Source: a virus (taxonomy: Duplodnaviria; Caudoviricetes). From it: a DNA stretch of 41,990 nucleotides. The stretch is taken from the IMG/VR virus record IMGVR_UViG_3300030095_005053, positions 1-41,990 of that record; one strand, given 5' to 3'. Both the position numbers and the translations under genes were made by a program. Below, in pieces: positions 9,397 through 17,854 of this stretch (within the stretch, counting starts at the first letter, position 1; each line of letters starts with the position of its first letter). The notes beneath the pieces are model-generated. The model saw nothing but the letters and a program-made list of their open reading frames with translations. It made no database searches and was not told the DNA's origin.

Positions 9397-10106
9397 TCAG
9401 CCTCCAGAAACATATGAACGACACTGCTCATACCCAGCAACGGCGTAAACGTCAGGTAGATCATACCATCATCTACAGCGTTTGTCCTTGTCAAAGCCTC
9501 CATGTAAATATCCATCGGCGGCTCCTCGTCCAGCCATATCACGTCTTTCTTAGTGCCTTGCCACTTCTGGCGCTTCTGGTCGTAGCTTTTGAAGCCCAGA
9601 GTTGATAGGCCGCCGGACACATGCCGCACCAGCACGGTATCCACCGCGTCTGCCGTGCCTTGCCTCATAGATGTGTCGTGAATTGCATCTGCCGGTATTG
9701 CCGCCGTTCCCCAATCGTCGCGGTTCGCAGGCGGGCCGATCAAGTTGCGCTGCACCGTGTCGCGCGTGGTTTCGCTGGTGTCAGACCCGGCCCACATTTC
9801 AATCGGGCGGTTGAACCTCTTACCCGGCCACCAGTCAGGATAGCGCCCTGTCAGATGTATCGCTGCCTCAAATGCGCCGGAGTATGTCTTGCCGCATTGG
9901 TTCCCCGCCATTAGCAGGCGCTCCCGTGTGGTCAGACCTTTCTTGTAAAACTCGAATTGCTTTGGATAAGGATCGAAGCTGGCCAGCCTATTGCGGCTTG
10001 CTCTTATCTGCGCTTCCTTCATGAGTTGGTCGCGCAGTTGAACCAACACCTCCGGCGAAAGCGATGAGTTCTTCAAGAATTGCGAGGCGCTCTGCAAGTT
10101 CGTCAT
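9393..10106 (-). CDS. terL: Terminase large subunit, N-terminal ATPase half
   Basis: Walker A AGNQCGKT, Walker B IWLDEEP, coupling motif LTFTP; start may be the internal Met near 10023. Confidence 0.9.
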   Translation of the reverse strand: MTNLQSASQFLKNSSLSPEVLVQLRDQLMKEAQIRASRNRLASFDPYPKQFEFYKKGLTTRERLLMAGNQCGKTYSGAFEAAIHLTGRYPDWWPGKRFNRPIEMWAGSDTSETTRDTVQRNLIGPPANRDDWGTAAIPADAIHDTSMRQGTADAVDTVLVRHVSGGLSTLGFKSYDQKRQKWQGTKKDVIWLDEEPPMDIYMEALTRTNAVDDGMIYLTFTPLLGMSSVVHMFLEAE

Positions 10107-10371
10107 CTGTCATCTCATCGGTTGGGCGATGGACAACGTGCTCTTTGGGCAGGATCGACGCCACCACCTTCAGGTAATCCTGCGGACGTTCTGCGCGAAC
10201 AGTGGCGATAACCTCTTGCCCGTGTTCATGCCAGTCCGCTTGCAGGTCTGTTATAAATGCCTCGCCTAGCTTGGCGCGTGACCCCTTCTTGCGACCGCCG
10301 CCGATATTCCCGGTTACAAATCGGCCTGTCTTTGGGTCTTTTTCAGGTTCAGGCTTTGGCTTGGTCATCAC
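9988..10371 (-). CDS. Putative terminase small subunit
   Basis: GRFVTGN-GGGRKKGSR motif, upstream of TerL. Confidence 0.65.
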   Translation of the reverse strand: MMTKPKPEPEKDPKTGRFVTGNIGGGRKKGSRAKLGEAFITDLQADWHEHGQEVIATVRAERPQDYLKVVASILPKEHVVHRPTDEMTDDELAERLAILEELIAFAGGVGSTARPTHEGSADKSKPQ

Positions 10372-10691
10372 GCAATGTCTGCTACGCTGATCGCCCCAGA
10401 TGCAGAGATTTCCAGATCAACGGGGATATTTGCGGGAACGATGTGGCCAGATGTTGCGGTCGCTGCAACACCTCCGAATTGAACGCGTGCGGCTTCATCC
10501 ATAACGATTGTGAGCACGTCGCCTACTACCCCGGTGATAGCTGAGCCTGCACCTGCTGCACCATCTGTGAGGTTTGATCCTGTGGTGCTGGTCGTGTGTG
10601 CTCCACCGTCAACGTATTCGCCCCGCACGGTTCCTGCGGCAGATCCACGGTTGCGGCCATACTTGGCGATTGAGAATGTAGCAGTTCCCAT
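10368..10691 (-). CDS. Hypothetical protein, first gene of late operon
   Basis: AAGGAG RBS; GTGA overlap with next gene. Confidence 0.65.
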   Translation of the reverse strand: MGTATFSIAKYGRNRGSAAGTVRGEYVDGGAHTTSTTGSNLTDGAAGAGSAITGVVGDVLTIVMDEAARVQFGGVAATATSGHIVPANIPVDLEISASGAISVADIA

Positions 10692-10717
10692 GTGGCGCTC
10701 CTTTGCACGTTTGCGGG

Positions 10718-10746
10718 ATTGTATGCTTAGAAGCGGGTCAAGTCAA
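10718..10746 (-). promoter_or_regulatory. Sigma70-like promoter of packaging/head operon
   Basis: TTGACT-N17-TACAAT. Confidence 0.7.
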
Positions 10747-10880
10747 TTGCAGCGTCACGGGCCAAGGATAGGTGGCGTGGGACCCGCCGCTACTGCCACC
10801 GATAGGGGCTTTTTATGAATGTCGCCACCGCCCCGGCTCTGATTGGCTTACCGCCCGCTTAGCCTGCGGGTCAAGGCGTC

Positions 10881-11129
10881 TTAGATTTCTTCGCGGTTTT
10901 CCCTTTGCCGCGCGCAAAGAGTGTGCAGCAGAAATGAAATTTCCCCGATTTGTTGCTGAATATCACTAGAAACAAAAGTTGTATATGTTCGCCCGCCTTT
11001 AAGAGCGCCCACCATTGCGAATGACCTTAATTCTCCAGACTTCGCCATATCAAGAGCAACCTCCAATTCTTCAATAACAGATAGGTTTGGCGCGCTAGTT
11101 ACATCTTGAAGTTTTGATACCTTTGCCAT
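10881..11129 (-). CDS. Hypothetical protein (AT-richer than flanks)
   Basis: 82 aa ORF with AGGAG RBS. Confidence 0.65.
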   Translation of the reverse strand: MAKVSKLQDVTSAPNLSVIEELEVALDMAKSGELRSFAMVGALKGGRTYTTFVSSDIQQQIGEISFLLHTLCARQRENREEI

Positions 11130-11138
11130 GTCTTTCTC

Positions 11139-11327
11139 CTATGTGTCGTGCGCTGTGTTGCCGGGTCGGGTCATGGGGCTATCCCGCATAGCCTCGATCA
11201 CGGCCCCTGCTGCCCATCCCTCTGCAATGAGGCCAGCGCGTATTGTGTCGTCAGGCTGTCCGCCTTCGCGCATGCGGGTGATCTTGGCGCGTAGGGCGGT
11301 GATCTGGGATTGTTGCGCGGGGGTCAT
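11139..11327 (-). CDS. Hypothetical protein
   Basis: MTPAQQSQ..., ATGA overlap with upstream stop. Confidence 0.55.
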   Translation of the reverse strand: MTPAQQSQITALRAKITRMREGGQPDDTIRAGLIAEGWAAGAVIEAMRDSPMTRPGNTAHDT

Positions 11328-11533
11328 TTCTTTGATCCTTTTGCGTATTGCCACCACGGCTCGCCACATGGGCCCGGGAGGTGCGGCTTGAGAACGCAAA
11401 GGCGACGATAAACAACCTGCATCCAAGCCCACGATCCGTCAAAGCAGCGCACAGGCCACCAAGCGAAAACAGGCTCAGGTTCTCCGAGAATATCGCAAAA
11501 CAATAGGGATGTTCCTTTAAATGGGTCGCTCAC
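11324..11533 (-). CDS. Small Trp-rich phage protein (FAWWPV...W motif)
   Basis: GGGAGG RBS; similar to 28821-29000. Confidence 0.6.
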   Translation of the reverse strand: MSDPFKGTSLLFCDILGEPEPVFAWWPVRCFDGSWAWMQVVYRRLCVLKPHLPGPCGEPWWQYAKGSKK

Positions 11534-11576
11534 TTCAACCCCTCCCTTGCGCGTGCGGCCATGCGTTCCCGAAGGG

Positions 11577-11888
11577 TCATACGTCTGCCCCCTGTGTGTG
11601 GTGTTGTGGTGCGGGTAGGGTTTCTACGAGGGTGATTAGATCACGCAAGGCGCGGGGCTTGCGAATGCGGTAGCGGATTATAAACGGACGCCCGAACCTA
11701 ATTGCCCGATCCCATATCCATTGACTGTTTATTGTGGTTCCTGCACCTTGCGGGACAATGCCGTATAATTCAGTCGTGCCCGCGAGGTCAGCCGCAGAAT
11801 ATTTTACATGAACATATCCCCCTCTAACAGGGCACCCTTTCCCATCGTGCTCTATCCACGGCCCCCATTCTTCGCTGTCCTGTGTCAT
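11577..11888 (-). CDS. Hypothetical phage protein
   Basis: MTQDSEEWGPWIEHDGKGCP...IIRYRIRKP; ATGA overlap. Confidence 0.65.
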   Translation of the reverse strand: MTQDSEEWGPWIEHDGKGCPVRGGYVHVKYSAADLAGTTELYGIVPQGAGTTINSQWIWDRAIRFGRPFIIRYRIRKPRALRDLITLVETLPAPQHHTQGADV

Positions 11889-12259
11889 TCCTTTCCCCCT
11901 CCGATGTAATACCACAAGTGCTGCCCCTTGGCGCTGCCGATCACGCGACCAATCAAGCCATCTGCCATAAGCTGGTGGCAGTAAGTCTTGGGCGTGGCGT
12001 GTGAGGCTTTCATATAGGCCGCAATGGCTGGTATGGGCTGAGGCTCTGTTTGGCTTCTGAGAAAGGCCAGGATTTGCGCGCGGCGCTCTGCAACCCTTTT
12101 GGCGTCCAGTTCGTTGCGAGACTTGCGCCATGCTTCGGAATACTCGATCGTTTGCGGCTCTGCCTTTTTGCGCCGGATGCGCTGGCCCTCTGCGATCAAC
12201 AGGCGCTCCAGCTTGGGCAGGACGCGCAACTCGTTGGCGGTGTAGTTGACAACCCTCAT
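11885..12259 (-). CDS. Putative winged-helix DNA-binding protein
   Basis: ILAFLRSQ...IAAYM...YCHQLMADGLI; ATGA overlap, GGAGG RBS. Confidence 0.55.
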   Translation of the reverse strand: MRVVNYTANELRVLPKLERLLIAEGQRIRRKKAEPQTIEYSEAWRKSRNELDAKRVAERRAQILAFLRSQTEPQPIPAIAAYMKASHATPKTYCHQLMADGLIGRVIGSAKGQHLWYYIGGGKE

Positions 12260-12570
12260 GCTGCATCCTCCATCCACATAGGCACCTTGCGCCCGATAGC
12301 GGCCCAGCCCTTGGGCGTGAGGCGCAAGCGGCTTTCGCCCTGCGTGCCGCGAGATATATCTTGCACAAACTCGGCATTGAGTGCGGCGGATACGTGCGAT
12401 GCCTTGCCTCCCGCGTCCGTTGCGTTGAACTTGTGCCATAGCCGGTCTGCGCTGATGCTGGCGTGTAAGCTCTTTTCGTGGGTGTCAGCTAGGACGGTGA
12501 GCATTTCATGCATGCGGTGAAGCGCAAGCGCGCGGGTCTCAATGCTATCGACGGTTTGAAAGAAGGTCAT
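12256..12570 (-). CDS. Hypothetical, possible winged-helix protein
   Basis: ...RLRLTPKG wing-like motif; coupled ORF. Confidence 0.55.
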   Translation of the reverse strand: MTFFQTVDSIETRALALHRMHEMLTVLADTHEKSLHASISADRLWHKFNATDAGGKASHVSAALNAEFVQDISRGTQGESRLRLTPKGWAAIGRKVPMWMEDAA

Positions 12571-12950
12571 GCGTTATCCCTCCGCCAGATTTCCGCAGCC
12601 GCGTGAATATGTCCAGCCGCTTTTTCGCAGGCTTCCCACCATGCAGCGGCTTGGGCGTCTCTTAGTGTGGCGTAATAAGCGCCGTGCAATCTTGTTGCAA
12701 AACCTCCGCCCCGGCTTTCCTTGTATCCGCCAGCCCCAACAACAACATCACCCACCATGCCACCAGTTACATTCCAAAGCGTAATGTTGTAAGGCTTTGG
12801 CCCGATTGCTGCGTGTCCGTTTTCATCAATCACGCAATAAGGGTGCGGCTTTGGAATTGTGGGCCATGCGAGATCGGCGCGGCGGCGCGTTTCGGCAAGG
12901 TATTCCTGCGCCCACTTGGGTAGTTTTTGCTCTCGCGGATCGTAGGTCAT
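12567..12950 (-). CDS. Hypothetical protein
   Basis: KLPKWAQE N-terminus; ATGA overlaps. Confidence 0.6.
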   Translation of the reverse strand: MTYDPREQKLPKWAQEYLAETRRRADLAWPTIPKPHPYCVIDENGHAAIGPKPYNITLWNVTGGMVGDVVVGAGGYKESRGGGFATRLHGAYYATLRDAQAAAWWEACEKAAGHIHAAAEIWRRDNA

Positions 12951-13306
12951 GCATGCCCCCGTGCTTTGTCGATTGCGGCGCGGGCGGCGTCCATTGGTGC
13001 GCGACGGTCCAACTCACCGTTGCTATGGGCGCAAACCTCAAGCAAATCATCCAGCGCCTCTAGCAAATCAGGGGCGGCGGCTATGAGGCGGGCGTCTGCC
13101 TCTTGCTGAGCAATACGCCGAGAAATTTCATCCCGCTCATCATAATCAAAGGATTTTGCCGCTCTAACATCATCAAGGCTTTTGTCAGCCGTGCTGTAAG
13201 CGTATCGCGGGATGGAAATATCCGGCCCCATAATGGCAATCGCCCACGGCCAACTTTCTTCAAGCTGAACATCCCAAGGTGCTGGAGTATGCTTTGCGGC
13301 CGTCAT
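12947..13306 (-). CDS. Common phage hypothetical protein
   Basis: KHTPAPW...ADARLIAAAPDLLEAL signature. Confidence 0.75.
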   Translation of the reverse strand: MTAAKHTPAPWDVQLEESWPWAIAIMGPDISIPRYAYSTADKSLDDVRAAKSFDYDERDEISRRIAQQEADARLIAAAPDLLEALDDLLEVCAHSNGELDRRAPMDAARAAIDKARGHA

Positions 13307-13467
13307 TTCCCGCCCTCCTTCTCAGCTGCCTTCTTGGCAATCATCCGGTCAGCCGCTGCGATTTCGCGCTCGATCTGCGCTACTGTCTCGGGGCTGGCGT
13401 ATCCGCCTCGAGGGATTGCGACAAGGCCGAGGCTTGTGGCGATGCGGTGTTTCAAATAGCGTTTCAT
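13303..13467 (-). CDS. Small hypothetical protein
   Basis: GGAG RBS, MKRYLKHR... Confidence 0.5.
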   Translation of the reverse strand: MKRYLKHRIATSLGLVAIPRGGYASPETVAQIEREIAAADRMIAKKAAEKEGGK

Positions 13468-13513
13468 TGTGTCTCCGGTGTTGCCGGGGGCGCGTGGCCC
13501 CCGTGGGTGGGGG

Positions 13514-13666
13514 TCAGGCGGCGAGGCGCGCAGCGGATTCGATTTTAACCAAGAGGTCATAGAACTCCTGAGAAACGGCGCAGTTATGAAGCCGATTGTC
13601 TTTTTCGATGCGCTGGAGTGCGGACCGGATAATCAGAATTTCATTTTGGTTCAAAGCAACTGTCAT
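13514..13666 (-). CDS. Small hypothetical protein
   Basis: GAGGAG RBS, MTVALNQN... Confidence 0.55.
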   Translation of the reverse strand: MTVALNQNEILIIRSALQRIEKDNRLHNCAVSQEFYDLLVKIESAARLAA

Positions 13667-13713
13667 CGTTTCTCTCCTCTGCGCCGTGTGTGGCGTGTTT
13701 TTTCGTGAGTGGT

Positions 13714-13734
13714 GGCGGGGCCGAAGCCCCTGCC
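13714..13734 (-). other. Intergenic cUUCGg hairpin
   Basis: GGCAGGGGC-UUCG-GCCCCGCC, no U-tract. Confidence 0.5.
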
Positions 13735-13736
13735 GG

Positions 13737-13934
13737 TTAGGCTGTATATTGCTTTTTGAGTTCATCTTGCAGATCAACGGAAAAATCAGCGACATCGGCC
13801 ATTCGCATGATTTCTTCACGAGCAAGCCTCTTGCCTTCATCGGTCCCATTTTCCAAAGCGAGCAAAGCAACCCGCGCGGCCATTTTCCACTTCATTTCAA
13901 CAGTCAAAACATCGCTGATCTTTGTGATTTTCAT
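13737..13934 (-). CDS. Small hypothetical protein
   Basis: GGGAG RBS, MKITKISD... Confidence 0.6.
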   Translation of the reverse strand: MKITKISDVLTVEMKWKMAARVALLALENGTDEGKRLAREEIMRMADVADFSVDLQDELKKQYTA

Positions 13935-13976
13935 CTGTCTGTCTCCCGTTTGGCTTTGCGCCGTTTCCATAAATAC

Positions 13977-14023
13977 ACACTAAGCGCCGCCGTTGCGATG
14001 GTCAACACCTATTTGCGCCGCCG
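13977..14023 (-). promoter_or_regulatory. Promoter with two GCGCCGCCG direct repeats
   Basis: TTGACC-N17-TAGTGT (14005-13977); repeats at 13984-13992 and 14015-14023. Confidence 0.6.
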
Positions 14024-14029
14024 CCGCGT

Positions 14030-14371
14030 TTATTTCCCCCGCGTCGAGCGAAACACCGGGGTTTCAAATCGTGACGACGAAAAATCCGGCATGAGAATGG
14101 CCTGCTCAATCGTCATGGCCTTGACGTCACCATCTTTGAGCATTGCGCGCGCCTTTGCTCGGGAAATGCCAAACATGACTGTCGTGTGATCCCGACCGCC
14201 AAACTGACGCCCTATCTGCGTCGTGCTTAACCCGGCGTGCTTTTGCATCATCCAGTATGCCACCTGTCGCGGGTGAGCGTAATCGCGCTTGCGAGATGGC
14301 CCGCACAGGTCATCAACCGTTATGCCGTAATGGTGAGCGACGATGCGCTTGATGTCTAGGGATGTGGTCAT
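14030..14371 (-). CDS. DnaA domain IV-like (Bac_DnaA_C) helix-turn-helix protein
   Basis: IVAHHYGITVDDL...PRQVAYWM...IGRQFGGRDHTTVMFG. Confidence 0.85.
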   Translation of the reverse strand: MTTSLDIKRIVAHHYGITVDDLCGPSRKRDYAHPRQVAYWMMQKHAGLSTTQIGRQFGGRDHTTVMFGISRAKARAMLKDGDVKAMTIEQAILMPDFSSSRFETPVFRSTRGK

Positions 14372-14658
14372 TGGCTGGCACCGTTTTGCGTGTCTGCGGT
14401 GAGGGTGGCGCGCGCTGCGGTGTCTGCAATATCCAAAGCGGGCCAAGGATACGCTTTGCCGCTGTCTCGCCTTACGCACTCGGCAAAGCCTGTCTCGCCA
14501 CAAACCGCGTGATGCAATTTCTGCAAAGCCTCCACCGCCACCGCCAGCTTAGCCTGTAGCGCGTCACGCTCGGCGCGGGCCTTCTCCACTTCCACGCGAG
14601 CCATGCGCAGGCTTTCGGTGAGGCTTTCAATCGCTTCTCTTGGGGTCGGGTTTTTCAT
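14368..14658 (-). CDS. Hypothetical protein, partly paralogous to 27470-28015
   Basis: Shared AERDALQAKLAVAVE and TLTADT segments. Confidence 0.65.
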   Translation of the reverse strand: MKNPTPREAIESLTESLRMARVEVEKARAERDALQAKLAVAVEALQKLHHAVCGETGFAECVRRDSGKAYPWPALDIADTAARATLTADTQNGASQ

Positions 14659-14680
14659 CCTCTATCCTCTCTGTTGTCTT

Positions 14681-15130
14681 TCACAGCACACATACCGATC
14701 TGCACTGGTCTGGAGTGACAAGGCCAGCGGCAACGCAATCGCGCGCAATCGCCGCCGGAATTTGAGTGCAGAGAAACCGCTTGCCGGATCGTATCGCGCT
14801 CGCCGCGTTCTCTAGCCGCGTCTCATGTGTCGCTACCTTCACCGATGCGCCGGTTTCATCCTGCCACCGCTTGCCTGTGAGATAGCTGGACGGGTGCAGT
14901 GGTGACGCCGTTGGGTATGTGCTGGCGAACCATGCGTAGAACCGCTTGACGCCATCATGCGCGGCCTTGCGGTCCTGTGTCGATAGCTTGCGCCATGCTT
15001 TCATCGCAGATTGTTTTCCGATCTTGTGCGGAACGTCTGCCCAGAATACATCAAACGGGCTGGCCTGTAGCGCCTTTTCTGGCATGGCCTGTCCGCAGCA
15101 CGGGCAATGGGTTTCAAACAGGTCATTCAT
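14681..15130 (-). CDS. Phage replication-protein C-terminal domain without an N-terminal HTH
   Basis: FDVFWADVPHKIGKQSAMKAWRKL...HPSSYLTGKRWQDE; preceded only by CPCCG. Confidence 0.7.
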   Translation of the reverse strand: MNDLFETHCPCCGQAMPEKALQASPFDVFWADVPHKIGKQSAMKAWRKLSTQDRKAAHDGVKRFYAWFASTYPTASPLHPSSYLTGKRWQDETGASVKVATHETRLENAASAIRSGKRFLCTQIPAAIARDCVAAGLVTPDQCRSVCVL

Positions 15131-16152
15131 GCCATCATCCCCGCGATAAGATCACCTGCCCCATCCTCGATGTAATCCTGTTTGGCCTTGGCGATGTTCT
15201 TTGCCGCCTGCCTGAAATACGACGCCTTCAATTCAACGCCGATTCCGCGCCGCCCAAGATACACCGGGCTGTAGACCTCAGACCCCACGCCCATAAACGG
15301 GGTGAACACGGTTTCTCCGGGGTTTGTGTAAAGTTCAACGCAGCGATGAATGATGTCCAACATAAGCGGGTGAACGTGCTTGACGTCCTCAGGCTCTCGC
15401 GCCTCGCCATCATCCACCACAGCCCGCGCAACAAGCCCGCAACCTGTAAGCCATGGCTCTTTTGACCCCGGCTTTCTGTTTGATGACCTAATATCCATCC
15501 ACGCGCTTGACGCATACCGACGCCAGACAAAGTGCGAGAACTTGTTTTCCTTCTGGTCCCCGTCAAAGCCGCGAAACTGACGAACTTCATCTGGCATATG
15601 CTCAGCCCCAAAGTATCGAGTAAAGCCGCGCTCGTGAGTAATCGGCTTTTGGTTCTCGCCACGCTTGCGAAAGAACAAAACGTAATCGGCATTTGCGATG
15701 CTTGATTTTGCGCTATCCTCGCAAATCGTCTGGTGAGCAAGCCCGCGAACCATTGTACGCAGCCGCACGGCAAGAGGCTCGTTCCACTTCAACCGCCGAC
15801 CCATGAATTGAAACCCGGCCTCCTCGTGGATTCGGATAATGTTCCCCGGCAGGTCGTGCACCGTTCCAATCGCATCCTCGCCAATGTCCATGCAATGAAC
15901 GCAGTTGATGCGCCCCGGCCTTGTGACCCGCGCCATCTGTTTAACCAGAAACCGATATTGATCATAAAATTCGTCGTAGTTGTAGCAATTCGACATATCC
16001 CGCTCGTCGCCGGAATACTGAAAAAGGCCAGCGAAAGGCGGAGAATATACCGACATATCAATAGAATTGTCGGGCATGTCAGAAACAACCTCAACGCAAT
16101 CCGCGTTGTAAATCGCATAGTCGTCTGTGATGATTTGATCCGATACAGTCAT
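15127..16152 (-). CDS. DNA methyltransferase (N4C/N6A, beta-class motif order)
   Basis: Catalytic SPPF before SAM-binding TPFMGVGSE. Confidence 0.9.
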   Translation of the reverse strand: MTVSDQIITDDYAIYNADCVEVVSDMPDNSIDMSVYSPPFAGLFQYSGDERDMSNCYNYDEFYDQYRFLVKQMARVTRPGRINCVHCMDIGEDAIGTVHDLPGNIIRIHEEAGFQFMGRRLKWNEPLAVRLRTMVRGLAHQTICEDSAKSSIANADYVLFFRKRGENQKPITHERGFTRYFGAEHMPDEVRQFRGFDGDQKENKFSHFVWRRYASSAWMDIRSSNRKPGSKEPWLTGCGLVARAVVDDGEAREPEDVKHVHPLMLDIIHRCVELYTNPGETVFTPFMGVGSEVYSPVYLGRRGIGVELKASYFRQAAKNIAKAKQDYIEDGAGDLIAGMMA

Positions 16153-16166
16153 TTTCGTGTCCTCTG

Positions 16167-17531
16167 TTACATCCATGCGGGGAATTTTGGTTTATCCCCA
16201 TCTGTGAAAATCTTGCGATGTGTTTGCGCGTCAACCATGTGGCGCATCATTTCGTCAAACATCTTGTCTGCAGCTTCGGCCTTGCGCTTGCGAGAGTTGG
16301 CGACGTTGCTCAGACTTGTGGTCCCGATCTGGTGAACCGTGACAGGCCGCTTTTGACCAAAGCGCCAGAACCGGCGCACGGCTTGATAATACTGTTCATA
16401 GCTGTAGTCGTCAAAGTAGGTGCAGGCCGCGCAATGCTGCCAATTTACCCCGAGGGCTGCGATTTTCGGCTTGGTCACGAGATACTTGATTTCACCGTCC
16501 TTGAATGCGCGAAACTTCTCCTCTTTTGCCTCGTCCTTGTCGCTGCCTTGCAGGTTAACAGCGCCCGTCACGATTTCCGCAAGATAGTCCGCCTCTGCGT
16601 TGAATTGGCACCACATGACGCCAGTATCGTGTTGCTGGATCAATTGAGCGGCTAACTCGCACCGTTCTTTGATCGTGGCGCGCTTTTCCTCGCGTTCCAT
16701 TGGCAATCCCTTCACCGGCATGGCGAACAACTGCCCATCAAGCGGCTTGCTCTCAATCTCGTGGTGTATCTCGTGCAACTCCGGCAAGGTCCATCCATCA
16801 TCGCAAAACCCAAGGTCAGACGGGCGGCGAACCGCGCGCGCCCATGACGCAACCCAGCGCCAGAAGTGCGGCTCAGCATGGCCCTTGAAACGCCAATTCT
16901 GCCCGATGTGCGCCGGGTGCAACGTGTCGTCATTGCTTTTGAAAAAGGTAGCCAGCATGTCCATATAGGCCATGTCGCCAAGAGCCTCCGATGATGTTCC
17001 CAACTCGGTATAATCATTCGGGCTTGGTGTCGCGGTATACATCGCGCGGTATTCCACCTTGCGCATAGCCTTGGTGATTGCCGATCGAATGGCCCCGTCA
17101 AAGTTTTTCAGGATGCTACTTTCGTCGCAAACAATGCCAGAGAAATCGGACAAGTCAAAGTGATGCAGGCGCTCGTAGTTCGTCGTGATGATACCTTTGC
17201 CGCTTGGCCATTTCCCATCTGCCGATCTGTAAGCCTCAATGCCAAACTTCTCGGCCTCATCAACGGTCTGAGATGATACCGAAAGCGGGGCCAAGATAAG
17301 CACTGGACGGTTTGTCTTGCGATGCACATTCTCTGCCCAAACAAGCTGCATGAGCGTCTTGCCAAGGCCACAGTCCGCAAACGTAGCGGCGCGGCCCTTT
17401 GACAACGCCCAGTCAATCAAGTGGTTTTGGAAATCAAACGTGTGCGGGTTTTCGTAGACAGGCTTGAACCCGAACTCGCCCGCTAAGTGCGTCTTGCCTT
17501 CAACAAAGGCTTTGTATTCCTCAAGTGACAC
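16167..17531 (-). CDS. SF2 (SNF2-like) helicase
   Basis: DCGLGKT, CDES, TATP, QAVRRFWRFGQ motifs. Confidence 0.9.
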   Translation of the reverse strand: MSLEEYKAFVEGKTHLAGEFGFKPVYENPHTFDFQNHLIDWALSKGRAATFADCGLGKTLMQLVWAENVHRKTNRPVLILAPLSVSSQTVDEAEKFGIEAYRSADGKWPSGKGIITTNYERLHHFDLSDFSGIVCDESSILKNFDGAIRSAITKAMRKVEYRAMYTATPSPNDYTELGTSSEALGDMAYMDMLATFFKSNDDTLHPAHIGQNWRFKGHAEPHFWRWVASWARAVRRPSDLGFCDDGWTLPELHEIHHEIESKPLDGQLFAMPVKGLPMEREEKRATIKERCELAAQLIQQHDTGVMWCQFNAEADYLAEIVTGAVNLQGSDKDEAKEEKFRAFKDGEIKYLVTKPKIAALGVNWQHCAACTYFDDYSYEQYYQAVRRFWRFGQKRPVTVHQIGTTSLSNVANSRKRKAEAADKMFDEMMRHMVDAQTHRKIFTDGDKPKFPAWM

Positions 17532-17542
17532 TCTGCACCCCC

Positions 17543-17746
17543 TTATCGGTTAGAGCGGTCAACCCAACCGCGCGGTGGGTGGATGCTGACCTTGCCCTTG
17601 CTTTTCATGGGGCCTTCATACTCGCCGCCAAGAGCGCGCCACTGTGATTTTGAGATGTATTCTGCGATGCCATCATCAACGCGCCATTGCGCCAATTGGT
17701 TTGAACACCGAACGGCCTTGCCGTCTTTGTATGCGATGCACTTCAT
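17543..17746 (-). CDS. Small hypothetical protein
   Basis: GGAGG RBS. Confidence 0.6.
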   Translation of the reverse strand: MKCIAYKDGKAVRCSNQLAQWRVDDGIAEYISKSQWRALGGEYEGPMKSKGKVSIHPPRGWVDRSNR

Positions 17747-17819
17747 TGGATACCCTCCATGCTATGTTTGCGCCGTTTTGCGCTTGTTGATAGTTTCACG
17801 TTGTTGATGGATTGTCTAA

Positions 17820-17853
17820 TGCAAAGGTGCAAATAGAATTGCAAAGCTGCAAA
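17820..17853. promoter_or_regulatory. Four TGCAAA direct repeats (operator- or iteron-like)
   Basis: Copies start at 17820, 17828, 17840, 17848. Confidence 0.5.
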
Positions 17854-17854
17854 G

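Noticed and set aside
11577-12439. Extended 266-aa and 184-aa ORF calls
   Set aside because: Upstream extensions overlap coupled genes; ATGA-overlap starts at 11888 and 12259 fit better.
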